Notes: generated by a model from the letters alone, not told the origin. 64,000 nucleotides of DNA from Betaproteobacteria bacterium (GCA_005881595.1 VBBY01000002.1:5390-69389); one strand, 5' to 3'. Positions 9,359 to 20,184 are shown, numbered from the stretch's first letter. Numbers and translations: made by a program.

Positions 9359-10503
9359 GCTTTCAGCCTCGGCACATCGAGCCACTTTTTCCGCTGCCAG
9401 CTCCTCCAGCCCAGCTCCGCGAGCTGCACGCCTCTCGCGCCCTCGAGCAGGTTCCAGCGGAAGGCGCCTTCGCCGGCGACGTGCTTGAGAAAGAGCTCCC
9501 ACTGCACCTTGAAGGCGTTGTCGTAGCCGGCGTCGGGCACCTCATGCCAGCCTTCGAAGAAATTGATCGGTTGCGGAATGTCCGGGTTCCACACCGGCTT
9601 CGGAGTTCTTTCATACGGTTGAATCAAACAACGTCGTAGGCCTGCGACCGCGCTGCCGTGCGTGCCGTCCACTTGCAGCGTGAGCAGGTCGTCGCGCCGC
9701 ACGCGCACGGCCCAGGAAGAGTTGAAATGCGCGATGACCCCGCCGGCGAGCTTGAACGTCGCGTAGGCAGCGTCATCGGCCGTCGCCCTGTACCTCTTGC
9801 CGTTCTCGTCCCAGCGATACGGGATGTGGGTCGCGCCCAGGCATGAAAGCGCTTTGACTTCCCCGAACAGGTTGTCGAGCACGTAGCGCCAGTGGCACAG
9901 CATGTCGAGGATGATGCCGCCGCCGTCCTGCTTGCGGTAGTTCCACGACGGGCGCTGCGCGGGCTCGCGGTCGCCCTCGAACACCCAGTAGCCGAACTCG
10001 CCGCGCACCGACAGCAGCCTGCCGAAAAAGCCCGCGTCGCGCAGCTTCTGCAGCTTCAGCAGCCCCGGCAGCCAGAGCTTGTCCTGCACCACGCCGTGCT
10101 TCACCCGCGCCTTTTTCGCCGCCTGGTACAGGTCCATGGACTCGGCGAGCGAGGTGGCGAGCGGCTTCTCGCAGTACACGTGCTTGCCCGCCGCGATCGC
10201 CCGCTTGAGGAGCCTTGGCCTGAGCTGGGTCGAGGCGGCGTCGAAGAAGACTTCATCTTTCTCGCGCGCAAGCGCCTGATCCAGATCCGTCGTCCAGCGC
10301 TCCACGCCATGCTTCTTCGCCAGCTCCTCGACCTTCGCCGCATTTCGTCCGACCAGCAACGGGTCGGGCATGACGCGCGTGCCGTCCTTCAGCGCCACGC
10401 CGCCCTGCTTGCGGATCTCCAGGATCGAGCGCACCAGGTGCTGGTTCATGCCCATGCGCCCGGTGACGCCGTGCATGATGATGCCGATTCGCCTTTCGCT
10501 CAC
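9355..10503 (-). CDS. Gfo/Idh/MocA-family NAD(P)-dependent oxidoreductase
   Basis: RIGIIMHGVTGRMG Rossmann N-terminus and the EKP motif (VYCEKPLA). GTG 10503 overlaps the upstream stop (GTGA). Confidence 0.82.
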   Translation of the reverse strand: MSERRIGIIMHGVTGRMGMNQHLVRSILEIRKQGGVALKDGTRVMPDPLLVGRNAAKVEELAKKHGVERWTTDLDQALAREKDEVFFDAASTQLRPRLLKRAIAAGKHVYCEKPLATSLAESMDLYQAAKKARVKHGVVQDKLWLPGLLKLQKLRDAGFFGRLLSVRGEFGYWVFEGDREPAQRPSWNYRKQDGGGIILDMLCHWRYVLDNLFGEVKALSCLGATHIPYRWDENGKRYRATADDAAYATFKLAGGVIAHFNSSWAVRVRRDDLLTLQVDGTHGSAVAGLRRCLIQPYERTPKPVWNPDIPQPINFFEGWHEVPDAGYDNAFKVQWELFLKHVAGEGAFRWNLLEGARGVQLAELGWRSWQRKKWLDVPRLKA

Positions 10504-11903
10504 TGCATTCTCCTCATCGCCTCCCAGTCCGGCATCGCCGCGCTGGCAAAGCCGGGGCAATCGAGCGAGCCGATCTGGAGGTCGCCATCGCTTATTTTCA
10601 ATCTGACGGCGCCGTGGCTGCGCTCGTACAGATCCGGGTGCGCTTCAAGGAACGCCGCCTGTTCCGCGAGCGGCAACCCCGCCATGCCGTTGACGTAGTG
10701 ATGGCCGTTGCGCTCGGCGTGGGCCAGGCCGAGGAGCGAGACGAGCGCGAGGTCCTGCTGCAGCGCAAGGCCGGCCTGCAGCGTCAGGTCCTCGCCCGAC
10801 ATGAAGTAGCGCGCGGCGCCTTCCTCGCGGTTCCACAGCCGGCAGCGCGCCGCGTTGAGCAGCGACTTGTAGAGGCCCTTGCAGGTCTTGGACGAGACCC
10901 CGGTATAACCCAGGCGCCGCGCCCGCGGAAACGCCTCGAGCGAATCGTCCGACTCGTCGATGATCACCGGCTTTTCCTCCGCCAGCGCCGACACGTCGCC
11001 GGAGAGCGCGTGCTGCCGGTTCACCGGCTGCTCGATGAAGGCGATGCTCGAGGCGAGGCGCTTGAGGCGCGGCTCCGCCCGGATGCGCCGCCACAGCTCG
11101 AGCGCGCCGGCGGCGCTGGCGTACTGCTCGTTGCCGTCGAGCGTCGCCTGGTACGGCTCCTCGTTGCGATCGAGGACTGCCGCGATGGCGAGCAGGCGCT
11201 CCACGTCGGCCTTCGCATCGCCGCCGACCTTGAGCTTGAACCAGCGGTGCCCGTAGCGCGCGACGACCTCGCCGAGCGTCTCGGGCAGGCCGTCGTTGAC
11301 CTTCTTGTCGGCAGGGGTCACCGGATCCAGCAGGCCGACGGTGTGCCGGGCCGCGATCTGCGTCGCGGGCGAGAGCTGCGATAGAAACTCGTCCATGTCG
11401 AACCCCGCCAGGTCAGCCTGCCAGCCCGGTGCCGAGATGCCGGGCAGGTTGCTGCGGACCGCCTCGTAGAACGAGACGCCGAGCGCGCGGCACAGCGCGT
11501 CGAGCAGGGCGCGGTCGATGAGCGCCGGGCCGAAGCAGGCGGTGAGGCTGTTCATGCCTTGCGTGGCCCCGAGCGCGATTTGCGGGCCGTAGTTGTCGAT
11601 CCAGTGGCCGAATGCGGTGTTGTCGCCGGCGGCGAGGTAGGCGTCGCGCGCCAGCGCCAGCGAGGCGCGCAACTGATCGATGTTCTGCTCGTTGCTGAGC
11701 GCCGGGTCCTTGTCGAACCATTTCGGCACCAGCATTTCGGCCGCCGCGCCTTCGTCCTCCTTGCCGTCCTCGAGGGCGATGCGGGCGCGCACGAAGGCCT
11801 GCGGCGCCGAGGTGAGCGTCACGACCCCGAACCGGAACGGCAGCCTGAGCCGCACCTCGCGCTCGAAAAAGGAAATTTCTTTTATTGAAAACCGTATTCG
11901 CAC
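10500..11903 (-). CDS. Enolase-superfamily enzyme (mandelate racemase/muconate lactonizing-like)
   Basis: FKLKVGGD, LDGNEQY, IEQPV and IIDESD match the KxK / DxN / E / DE metal and base ligands. Start is uncertain; GTG 11903 was chosen because it lies 7 nt after the upstream stop. Confidence 0.72.
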   Translation of the reverse strand: MRIRFSIKEISFFEREVRLRLPFRFGVVTLTSAPQAFVRARIALEDGKEDEGAAAEMLVPKWFDKDPALSNEQNIDQLRASLALARDAYLAAGDNTAFGHWIDNYGPQIALGATQGMNSLTACFGPALIDRALLDALCRALGVSFYEAVRSNLPGISAPGWQADLAGFDMDEFLSQLSPATQIAARHTVGLLDPVTPADKKVNDGLPETLGEVVARYGHRWFKLKVGGDAKADVERLLAIAAVLDRNEEPYQATLDGNEQYASAAGALELWRRIRAEPRLKRLASSIAFIEQPVNRQHALSGDVSALAEEKPVIIDESDDSLEAFPRARRLGYTGVSSKTCKGLYKSLLNAARCRLWNREEGAARYFMSGEDLTLQAGLALQQDLALVSLLGLAHAERNGHHYVNGMAGLPLAEQAAFLEAHPDLYERSHGAVRLKISDGDLQIGSLDCPGFASAAMPDWEAMRRMQ

Positions 11904-11910
11904 GGTAGGG

Positions 11911-12753
11911 TCAAGGCGTCGGATTGTCGAGAGCTTCGAGCACGCCGCGCACGTAGCCGATGGCGCGCGCCGCGGCGCCGGGGCCATCGGGAACATAGTC
12001 GAAGGGTTCCACCGCGACGTCGCCGTCATAGCGATGTCGCCTCAGCGCGGCGAACAGCGGAGCGAATTTCTGCTCGCCCTGTCCCGGGCCGCGGCGGTTG
12101 CGATCGTTCAGCTGCACGTGCGCGATCACGCCCTCCGGCAGCCAGCGCTCGACCAGCGCTGCAAGCGGCTGCTTCTCCATGCGGCCCGCGGCGCTGCAAT
12201 CGAGCATGCTCTTGATTGAAGTGCTGCCGATGTCCTTCACGATGCGGGCGGCCTCCTCCAGCGTGTTGATGAGCGGCGTCTGCTCGGCCGAGAGCGCCTC
12301 GATGCAATACAGAACGCCTGCCTTCTCGGCGCGCTCGGCCACTGCCGCAAAGCTGTCCCGCGCGCGTGCCAGCGCGGCCGCGCGCGTCTCGCCGGGCTCG
12401 ACGCGCCGCTGGTGCGGCGAGCCGTGCACCAGGTAGCGGCCGCCGAGTTCGGCGCATTGGTCGATGAGCGCGAGCATGACGTCGATGCTGCGCCGGCGTA
12501 CCGCGTCGTCGCGCGTCGAGATCGAAAGCCCCGCCGGCTTGACCAGCAGCCAGTGCAGGCCGGTGATGGCGATGCCCGCGTCGGCGGCCGCGGCGCGCGC
12601 CGCGGCGAGCTGGGCGCTGCCCAGGCGGTGCGGTTCGTCGGACAGGGTATAGGGCGCAATCTCGAGGCCATCGTAGCCGAGCTTGGCGGCGTAGGCGCAT
12701 TGCGCCGGGAACGGCATCGGCGCGATCACCTCGTTGCACAGCGCAATTCTCAC
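11911..12753 (-). CDS. Sugar phosphate isomerase/epimerase (xylose-isomerase-like TIM barrel), first gene of the operon
   Basis: MRIALCNEVIA..LGYDGLEIAP.., LYCIEAL and VQLNDRN are typical of the family. A 95-nt divergent intergenic region lies upstream. Confidence 0.75.
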   Translation of the reverse strand: MRIALCNEVIAPMPFPAQCAYAAKLGYDGLEIAPYTLSDEPHRLGSAQLAAARAAAADAGIAITGLHWLLVKPAGLSISTRDDAVRRRSIDVMLALIDQCAELGGRYLVHGSPHQRRVEPGETRAAALARARDSFAAVAERAEKAGVLYCIEALSAEQTPLINTLEEAARIVKDIGSTSIKSMLDCSAAGRMEKQPLAALVERWLPEGVIAHVQLNDRNRRGPGQGEQKFAPLFAALRRHRYDGDVAVEPFDYVPDGPGAAARAIGYVRGVLEALDNPTP

Positions 12754-12848
12754 GCCGATCTCCTCAGCGGAGACATTATCACGGGAGGTTTTATCTTTGC
12801 GGGCGCGGTGGTATGTTTTGCCCTACCGCAGGTCAGGGGGAGGGGCCC

Positions 12849-14087
12849 ATGAGACTACCGACGCTCGCCGTGTCGCTGTGCGCGCTTGTGTTGGGTCCGG
12901 CATGGGCGGACCACGAGTCCCGCCTGCCACGCAACGCTTCGTTCACCACGCTCAGCGTCACCCCGTTCGCGATCGAGGGCCTCACCGGCGATGCGGCCGG
13001 CAACCTGTACACCACAGGCCGGCAACCCGATACCACCAGGAGCTGCCCGGTGTGGCGGATCGGCGTCGACGGCTCGCGCGCTACCGTGGGCTTCATCCCG
13101 AACTCCACGGGCTGCAATCCGTCCGGGATCACGTTCGACCGCGGCGGCGATCTCTATATCGCCGATGCGGCGACCATCTCGGGGGTCAGCGGCTTTGTCT
13201 GGAAAGTGACTCCTCACCCCATCGGTTGCCAGTCCGACGACTCGGCGGCCACGCTTTGCGCTGCGGTTCCATTGGCGAGCGCGTTTGTGTCCGGGGTGCC
13301 GGGAACGAACGGCCTGGCATTCGATCGCGATGGCAATCTCTGGACTGGCGACGGAACGACGGGACTGGGGCGCGTCTGGAGGATCGGCGCTGCGGGAGGC
13401 GTGTGCGAGCCCGCGTTCAACAGATGCGCAGAAGCGTTCCGCATTCAACCGATGGCGAACACCGCCAGTGTGGGGAGGCAGGCAAATACACTGCAGCCGC
13501 CTCAAACGCCCACCGCCGGTCCGAATCCCCAGCCTCTCGTGGCGAACGGTGTGGCCTTTGACCCTGAAGGGGACCTTTACGTCGCCGACACTGCGCGGGG
13601 TGCCCTCTGGAAGGTCGAGTTCGACCGCCGCGGCAATCTGCGCAGCGCGACCGGCTGCGATGCCACGTTCACCGCGAATACGCTCTGCCTGGACAACATC
13701 CTGGTCGCACATCCGTACCTGGAGGGCACCGACGGCATCGCGCTGGACCGGGCGGGAAACATCTGGAACGCGACCAACGAGCGCAACGCCGTCGTTGTCG
13801 TGACGAGGCACCGCCACGTCGTCGAGGTGTTCCGCAATCCCGTTAACGCCGCCGGACTGAGGAACGCGGCCGATACGGCGGAAGGCAACAAGCACATTCT
13901 CGAGCTTCCGACGAGCCCGTTCCTGCACGGCAGGAAGTTCTGCACCGCCAATTCGGACGGCAACCGGCGCGACAACTCGCCGCGCAGCGCCGGCGAAATC
14001 AATGCTGGCACCGGCGGCGCAAGAGGGAAGATTTCGTGCATGGACCAGGAGCTTCCGATTCCCGGGCTGACGCTGCCCGTGCATTGA
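12849..14087 (+). CDS. Secreted beta-propeller protein (SMP-30/gluconolactonase/NHL-like)
   Basis: MRLPTLAVSLCALVLGPAWA signal peptide with a GGGGGAGGGG Shine-Dalgarno upstream. Repeated motifs of the type GNLYT, GDLYIAD, GNLWTGD, GDLYVAD and GNIWNA are typical of 6-bladed propellers. Confidence 0.7.
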   Translation: MRLPTLAVSLCALVLGPAWADHESRLPRNASFTTLSVTPFAIEGLTGDAAGNLYTTGRQPDTTRSCPVWRIGVDGSRATVGFIPNSTGCNPSGITFDRGGDLYIADAATISGVSGFVWKVTPHPIGCQSDDSAATLCAAVPLASAFVSGVPGTNGLAFDRDGNLWTGDGTTGLGRVWRIGAAGGVCEPAFNRCAEAFRIQPMANTASVGRQANTLQPPQTPTAGPNPQPLVANGVAFDPEGDLYVADTARGALWKVEFDRRGNLRSATGCDATFTANTLCLDNILVAHPYLEGTDGIALDRAGNIWNATNERNAVVVVTRHRHVVEVFRNPVNAAGLRNAADTAEGNKHILELPTSPFLHGRKFCTANSDGNRRDNSPRSAGEINAGTGGARGKISCMDQELPIPGLTLPVH

Positions 14088-14095
14088 AGCCGGGT

Positions 14096-14515
14096 TTACC
14101 GCAGCTTCGCGCCCCAGGTCTTCTCCCAGTCCTTGCCGAGGAAATCGGTCTCGCGCCCGTCGGGCCGATAGAACTTGTTCGGGATCTGGAACATGGCGAG
14201 CATCAGGCCGCCTTGCGGCCCGGCCCAGGCTTCGTGCCGGCTGCCGGCGGGGCGCCAGACGAATTCGCCCGCCTTGCACACGCCTTCGCCGCAGACCAGG
14301 CTGCCCTCGAGCACGTAGGTCTGCTCGATCCTCACGTGCTCGTGGTCCGGCAGCCGCGCGCCCGGCGCCATTTTCATGAGCAGCGTCATCACCCCGGTGG
14401 CGCGATCGACGAGCAGCGATTTGGTCTCGACGCCCGGATACGGCGTCTTTTCCCAGGGCAGGCGCTCGACGTCGACGAAGCGTGAGGCCTTGGGCGGCAG
14501 GCTGGCGTGGGTCAT
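14096..14515 (-). CDS. Cupin-domain protein (ChrR-like cupin)
   Basis: The last 139 codons of ORF 14096..15757 read PGARLPDHEHVRIEQTYVLEGSL...RPAGSRHEAWA, a cupin motif. ATG 14515 overlaps the pyk stop (ATGA). Confidence 0.7.
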   Translation of the reverse strand: MTHASLPPKASRFVDVERLPWEKTPYPGVETKSLLVDRATGVMTLLMKMAPGARLPDHEHVRIEQTYVLEGSLVCGEGVCKAGEFVWRPAGSRHEAWAGPQGGLMLAMFQIPNKFYRPDGRETDFLGKDWEKTWGAKLR

Positions 14516-15951
14516 GGCGTGCGATGCTCCCCGACTCTGACGATCTTCATCGTGTTGGTGCCTCCGGCCTTGCCGATCGGCTCGCCGATGGTGAGCACGA
14601 TCAGGTCGCCCGCCTTCACGACCTTGTTCTCGACCAGCACCTTCTCCGCCTCGCGCAGCAGCTCCTCGCGGTCGTGCCCGACGTACTTCACCATCAACGG
14701 AAAGACTTCGCGGAACAGCGCGCAGCGATAGCGCGTCGAGGTCTGCGAGGTGAGGGCGTAGATCGGCACGCCGGCATTTAGGCGGCTCATCCACAGCGCG
14801 GTCGAGCCCGATTCCGTGAGCGAGGCGATCGCCTTGACCTTCAGGTGATAGGCGGTGAACAGGGCCGCCATGGCGATCGACTGGTCCACCCGCGTGAACA
14901 CGCGGTTGAAGAAGTCCTGGTCGAGGTTGAGCGGCTGCGTCTGCTCGGCCTCGATGCAGATTCGGTCCATCGCCTGGACCACTTCCACCGGGTATCTTCC
15001 GCTCGCCGTCTCCGCCGAGAGCATCACCGCGTCGGTGCCGTCGAGCACCGCGTTCGCCACGTCCGACACCTCGGCGCGCGTCGGCACCGGGCTCGAGATC
15101 ATCGACTCCATCATCTGGGTCGCGGTGATGGTGAGCCTGTTGTGCTCGCGCCCGAGCCGGATCATCTTCTTCTGCAGCGCCGGCACCGCGGCGTCGCCGA
15201 CCTCCACGGCGAGATCGCCGCGCGCCACCATGATGCCGTCGGAGCCGCGCATGATGTCGACGAGCGCGCTTTCGGCCACCGCCTCGGCGCGCTCGATCTT
15301 GGCGATGAGGAAGGCGTTGCCGCCGGCGGCACGCATCAGCTCCCGCGCCATGTACATGTCGGCGCCGGACTTCGGGAACGACACGGCGAGGTAATCCGCC
15401 TGGATCTTCACCGCGGTCCTGATGTCCTCCATGTCCTTGGAGGTGAGCGCCGCTGCGGTCAGGCCGCCGCCTTGCCGGTTGATGCCCTTGTTGTTCGACA
15501 GCACGCCGCCGTGGCGGACCACCGTTTGCACCTCGTCGCCTTTGACGCCCGTGACCTCGAGCACGATCTTGCCGTCGTCGAGCAGCAGCACCGCGCCGGG
15601 CTCGACGTCGCGCGGCAGCTCCTTGTAATCGAGGCCGGAGCGCTCGCTGTCGCCCAGCTCGCAGGCCGCGTCGAGGACGAAGCGCTGCCCCCTCTCGAGC
15701 GTGATCTTGCCGTCCTTGAACCTGCCGACGCGGATCTTCGGCCCCTGCAGGTCGCACATGATGGCCACCGTGCGGCCGGTCTTCGAGGCGATGCTCTTCA
15801 CCAGCGCCGCGCGCTGCTCGTGGTCCGCGGCGCTGCCGTGCGAGAAGTTGAGCCGCACCACGTCCACGCCGGCGCGGAGCATGCGTTCGAGCACCGTTGA
15901 GTCGCTGGAAGCCGGACCGAGGGTGGCCACGATCTTGGTGCTGCGGGGCAT
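14512..15951 (-). CDS. pyk: Pyruvate kinase
   Basis: MPRSTKIVATLGPAS..., NFSHG, MVARGDLAVE and ATQMMESM are canonical pyruvate kinase motifs. Confidence 0.95.
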   Translation of the reverse strand: MPRSTKIVATLGPASSDSTVLERMLRAGVDVVRLNFSHGSAADHEQRAALVKSIASKTGRTVAIMCDLQGPKIRVGRFKDGKITLERGQRFVLDAACELGDSERSGLDYKELPRDVEPGAVLLLDDGKIVLEVTGVKGDEVQTVVRHGGVLSNNKGINRQGGGLTAAALTSKDMEDIRTAVKIQADYLAVSFPKSGADMYMARELMRAAGGNAFLIAKIERAEAVAESALVDIMRGSDGIMVARGDLAVEVGDAAVPALQKKMIRLGREHNRLTITATQMMESMISSPVPTRAEVSDVANAVLDGTDAVMLSAETASGRYPVEVVQAMDRICIEAEQTQPLNLDQDFFNRVFTRVDQSIAMAALFTAYHLKVKAIASLTESGSTALWMSRLNAGVPIYALTSQTSTRYRCALFREVFPLMVKYVGHDREELLREAEKVLVENKVVKAGDLIVLTIGEPIGKAGGTNTMKIVRVGEHRTP

Positions 15952-16000
15952 TCGGGTAACCTTAACCAGTCAGGCTGCGATGTGCAAGAAGCTGATCCGT

Positions 16001-17143
16001 TCAATCATCCGCACGCGCTTCAAGAGCCGCCACGGCAGGCAAGGTCTTGCCCTCGAGAAACTCCAGAAACGCGCCGCCTGCCGTGGAAACGTAGTCGATC
16101 TTGCCGCCGATGCCGAACCTGTTGATCGCCGCGACGGTATCTCCGCCGCCGGCGATGGAATAAGCCTCCGAGTTCGCGATCGCCTCGGCGATAGTGCGGG
16201 TGCCGTTCGCGAACTGGTCCTTCTCGAACAGACCCACCGGACCGTTCCAGACGATCGTTCCAGCCTTGGCGATCCCATCGGCATAGGCGCGTGCGGTCTT
16301 CGGGCCGATGTCCAGGATGACGTCGCCGGCGGCCACGTCATCAACGCTTTTCACTTTTGCGTCGGTAACGACGACATCTGCCGGAAGGCGCACCTTTCCG
16401 GTCGCCATGATCCTCTTCGCTTCGCGCGTGAGCTCGGGCTCGGCCAGCGACTTGCCGATCGGTTTCCCCGCCGCGAGCAGAAAAGTATTCGCGATGCCGC
16501 CGCCGACGATCAGGCTGTCGACTTTTTTCGCCAGCTCGCCGAGCACCGAGAGCTTGGTCGATACCTTCGAGCCGCCGACGATCGCCATCAGCGGGCGCGC
16601 GGGATGCGCGAGCGCGTGCCCGAGCGCGTCCAGCTCAGCCGCCATCAGCGGCCCGGCGCAGGCAACGAGCGCGAATCGCGCAACAGCGTGCGTGGTCGCT
16701 TCCGCGCGATGCGCGGCTCCGAAAGCGTCGTTCACATAGACGTCGCAAAGCGCGGCGATTTTCCTGGCCAGAGCTGCGTCGTCTTTTTTCTCGCCCTTGT
16801 TGACCCGGCAGTTCTCCAGCATGACCACGTGTCCTGGCTCGACCTTCACCCCATTTACCCAGTTGGAAATCAGAGGAACTTCAACACCTAAAATCTCTGC
16901 CAGCCTCTTCGCTACCGGAGCGAGGGAGTCCTCGGGCTTGAGCACGCCTTCCTTGGGCCTGCCCAGGTGCGAAGTCACCATCACGGCGGCGTTCTGCTCC
17001 AGCGCACGGCGGATGCCTGGCAGCGAAGCGCGAATGCGCGTGTCGTCGGTGATCCTGCCGTTGTCGATCGGCACGTTGAGATCGGCGCGGATGAACACCC
17101 GCTTGCCGGTGAGCGGCACTTCGGTCATGCGTTTGAAGCGCAC
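16001..17143 (-). CDS. pgk: Phosphoglycerate kinase
   Basis: [19 protein letters not shown] and [14 protein letters not shown]. The first ATG was taken; ATG at codon 6 is an alternative. Confidence 0.95.
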   Translation of the reverse strand: MRFKRMTEVPLTGKRVFIRADLNVPIDNGRITDDTRIRASLPGIRRALEQNAAVMVTSHLGRPKEGVLKPEDSLAPVAKRLAEILGVEVPLISNWVNGVKVEPGHVVMLENCRVNKGEKKDDAALARKIAALCDVYVNDAFGAAHRAEATTHAVARFALVACAGPLMAAELDALGHALAHPARPLMAIVGGSKVSTKLSVLGELAKKVDSLIVGGGIANTFLLAAGKPIGKSLAEPELTREAKRIMATGKVRLPADVVVTDAKVKSVDDVAAGDVILDIGPKTARAYADGIAKAGTIVWNGPVGLFEKDQFANGTRTIAEAIANSEAYSIAGGGDTVAAINRFGIGGKIDYVSTAGGAFLEFLEGKTLPAVAALEARADD

Positions 17144-17147
17144 GGCC

Positions 17148-18161
17148 CTACTTCGCGTTCATCAGCGCCACGGTGGCGTCGAGCATGCGGTTGGAGAAGC
17201 CCCACTCGTTGTCGTACCAGGCGCAGACTTTCACCAGCGTGCCCTCGGCCACACGGGTCAGCCCGGCGTCGAGAATGGCGCTCGCCGGGTGGTGGTTGAA
17301 GTCCGAGGACACCAGCGGCTCGCTGGTGTACTCGAGCAGGCCCTTCAGGTCGGTCTCGGAGGCCTGTTTCACCGCCTTGTTGACCTCGTCGACGCTGGTC
17401 GGCCTTTTCGCGACGAACGAAAGATCGACGAGCGAGACGTTGATCGTCGGCACCCGGATCGAAAAGCCGTCGAGCTTGCCCTTCAGGTGCGGCAGCACCA
17501 GGCCGACCGCGGCGGCGGCGCCGGTCTTCGTCGGGATCATGTTGTGGGTCGCCGAGCGCGCCCGGCGCAGGTCCTTGTGGTACACGTCGGTCAGGACCTG
17601 GTCGTTGGTGTAGGAGTGCACCGTGTTCATCAACCCCGAGACCATGCCGATGCGGTCGTCGAGCGCCTTGACGAGCGTCGCGAGGCAGTTCGTGGTGCAC
17701 GACGCGTTCGAGATCACCGTGTCCGAGCCCTGCAGCGACTGGTGGTTGACGCCGCAGACGATGGTGCGGTCGACGTCGCTTTCGCCCGGCGCCGAAATGA
17801 TCACCTTCCTTGCTCCCGCCTGCAGGTGCGCGCCCGCCCTGGCCTTGCTGGTGAACAGCCCCGTGCATTCGAGCACCACGTCGATGCCGAGCTGCTTCCA
17901 CGGCAGCTTCGCGGGATCGCGCTCCGCCGCCACGCGAATGCGCTCGTCGTCGACCACCATGCTCTCTCCGTCCACGCGCACGCTGCCCGGGAACCTGCCG
18001 TGCGCGGTGTCGTACTTCAGCAGGTGGGCGTTGGTCCGGGCGTCGCCCAGGTCGTTGATCGCCAGGAACTGCAGGCCGTGCTTCTTGCCGCCCTCGTAAT
18101 GGGCGCGCAGCACCATGCGCCCGATCCGGCCGAAGCCGTTGATCGCCACCTTGATAGTCAT
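17148..18161 (-). CDS. gap: Glyceraldehyde-3-phosphate dehydrogenase
   Basis: [24 protein letters not shown] active site and WYDNEWGFS. Confidence 0.96.
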   Translation of the reverse strand: MTIKVAINGFGRIGRMVLRAHYEGGKKHGLQFLAINDLGDARTNAHLLKYDTAHGRFPGSVRVDGESMVVDDERIRVAAERDPAKLPWKQLGIDVVLECTGLFTSKARAGAHLQAGARKVIISAPGESDVDRTIVCGVNHQSLQGSDTVISNASCTTNCLATLVKALDDRIGMVSGLMNTVHSYTNDQVLTDVYHKDLRRARSATHNMIPTKTGAAAAVGLVLPHLKGKLDGFSIRVPTINVSLVDLSFVAKRPTSVDEVNKAVKQASETDLKGLLEYTSEPLVSSDFNHHPASAILDAGLTRVAEGTLVKVCAWYDNEWGFSNRMLDATVALMNAK

Positions 18162-20158
18162 TTCAAAATGCTCCTCACTGCCTTAGCCACGTTTTCCGGC
18201 GTAAAACCAAAAAATTTGAAAAGATCACCCGCCGGCGCCGATTCACCGAAGCGGTCGATGCCGACCACCGCGCCTTCCAGGCCGACGTACTTTCTCCAGT
18301 AGTCGGTGGCGCCGGCCTCGACCGCGACGCGCGGCATGCCCGGCGGCAGCACCGACTTGCGATAGTCCTCGCTCTGCCGGTCGAACACGCTGGTCGAGGG
18401 CATCGACACCACGCGCAGCGCAACGCCTTCGGCAGCGAGCAGCGCCTGCGCGCCGACCGCGAGGTGGACTTCTGACCCGGTCGCGATCACCACGGCGCGC
18501 GGCTGCCCGGGATCCGAAACCACGTAGCCGCCGCGCTCGATGTCGCTCGCCGAATTCCTTTTCACGAAGGGAACGTTCTGGCGCGTCAGCAAAAGGGCGG
18601 TCGGCCCGTCCTTCCTGCGCAAGGCCGCCGCCCAGGCGACCGCCGTCTCGGCGCCGTCGCAGGGACGCCAGAGCTCCATGTTCGGCATCAGGCGCAGGCT
18701 CGCCGCATGCTCGATCGGCTGGTGCGTCGGCCCGTCCTCGCCCAGCCCGATCGAGTCGTGCGTGAAGACGTAGGTGACGCGAATGCCCATCAGCGCCGCC
18801 AGCCGCAGCGCGTTTCGCGCGTAGTCCGAGAACACCAGGAAGGTGCCGCCGTACGGGATCAGGCCGCCATGCAGGGACACGCCGTTCATCGTCGCGCACA
18901 TGCCGAACTCGCGCACGCCGTAGAACACGTAATTGCCGCCGCCCTCGCGCCCGACCACCCGGGAGGCCTTCACCATCGTGAGGTTCGACCCGGTGAGGTC
19001 TGCCGAGCCGCCGAGCAGCTCCGGCAGCGCGGGCACCAGCACCTCGAGCACCTGCTGCGAAGCCTTGCGCGTCGCCATGGGCTCGGCCTTCTCGCTTGCT
19101 TCCTTCAGGAGGGACGAAACTTTCGCGTCGAAATCAACGGGCAGCTGGCCTGCCATCCGGCGCTTGAATTCCGCGGCCTCGGCCGGGTACTGCTTCTCGT
19201 ACGCGGCGAGCAGCCGGTTCCAGCGCCGCTCGGCGCGCTTGCCCGCTTCGCGGGCGTCCCAGCCGCGGTACACGTTCTCCGGGATCTCGAAGGGTGGATA
19301 GCTCCAGCCGAGCGCCTGCCGGGCGGCGGCAACCTCCTTGTCGCCGAGCGGCGCGCCGTGCGCCGCCCCGGTGTCGGCCTTGGTAGGAGCGCCTTTCGCG
19401 ATGACGGTCTTGGCGCAGATCAGCGTCGGGCGCGACTTTTCGCGCTTCGCCCGGCGCAGCGCGCGGTCGACCGCCTCCAGATCATGGCCGTCGACCTCCG
19501 GGATCACCTGCCAGCCGTACGCCTCGAAGCGCCGCCGCACGTCGTCGGTGAACCACTGCTTGATCCGGCCCTTGTCCGAGTCGATCGAGATGCCGTTGTC
19601 GTCGTACACGGCGATCAGCTTGCCCAGCCCGAGAGTGCCGGCGAGCGAGCAGGCCTCGTGCGACAGGCCTTCCATCATGCAGCCGTCGCCCATGAAGACA
19701 TAGGTGTGGTGATCGACGATCGCGTGGCCCGGGCGGTTGAACTCGGCAGCCAGCAGGCGTTCAGCCAGCGCCATGCCGACGGCGTTCGCGATCCCCTGCC
19801 CGAGCGGCCCGGTGGTGGTCTCGACGCCCGGCGCAAGCCCGCGCTCCGGGTGGCCCGGCGTCCTGGAATGCAGCTGCCGGAAGCGCCGCAGCTCGTCCAT
19901 CGGCAGCGCGTAGCCGGTAAGGTGCAGCAGGCTGTAGAGCAGCATCGAGCCGTGGCCGTTGGACAGCACGAAGCGGTCGCGATCGGGCCAGGCGGGGTTG
20001 GCCGGGTTGTGGCGCAGGTGGCGCTTCCAGAGCGCCACCGCGATCTCCGCCATTCCCATGGGCATGCCGGGATGGCCGGACTTCGCCGCCTCCACGGCAT
20101 CCATCGCGAGCGCGCGAATCGAGTTGGCGAGCTCGCCTTCAGACGCAGGGAGATTCAT
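18158..20158 (-). CDS. tkt: Transketolase
   Basis: [25 protein letters not shown] and the [16 protein letters not shown](I) motif. ATG 20158 is preferred over TTG 20170. The stop overlaps the gap ATG (ATGA). Confidence 0.95.
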   Translation of the reverse strand: MNLPASEGELANSIRALAMDAVEAAKSGHPGMPMGMAEIAVALWKRHLRHNPANPAWPDRDRFVLSNGHGSMLLYSLLHLTGYALPMDELRRFRQLHSRTPGHPERGLAPGVETTTGPLGQGIANAVGMALAERLLAAEFNRPGHAIVDHHTYVFMGDGCMMEGLSHEACSLAGTLGLGKLIAVYDDNGISIDSDKGRIKQWFTDDVRRRFEAYGWQVIPEVDGHDLEAVDRALRRAKREKSRPTLICAKTVIAKGAPTKADTGAAHGAPLGDKEVAAARQALGWSYPPFEIPENVYRGWDAREAGKRAERRWNRLLAAYEKQYPAEAAEFKRRMAGQLPVDFDAKVSSLLKEASEKAEPMATRKASQQVLEVLVPALPELLGGSADLTGSNLTMVKASRVVGREGGGNYVFYGVREFGMCATMNGVSLHGGLIPYGGTFLVFSDYARNALRLAALMGIRVTYVFTHDSIGLGEDGPTHQPIEHAASLRLMPNMELWRPCDGAETAVAWAAALRRKDGPTALLLTRQNVPFVKRNSASDIERGGYVVSDPGQPRAVVIATGSEVHLAVGAQALLAAEGVALRVVSMPSTSVFDRQSEDYRKSVLPPGMPRVAVEAGATDYWRKYVGLEGAVVGIDRFGESAPAGDLFKFFGFTPENVAKAVRSILK

Positions 20159-20184
20159 CGGAGGCCGCAAATTATACTCGGCGC

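Noticed and set aside
14516-15757. N-terminal 414 codons of ORF 14096..15757
   Set aside because: This part is out of frame with, and overlaps, the unmistakable pyruvate kinase gene. Only the last 139 codons (the cupin) look like a real protein and begin at an ATG coupled to the pyk stop.
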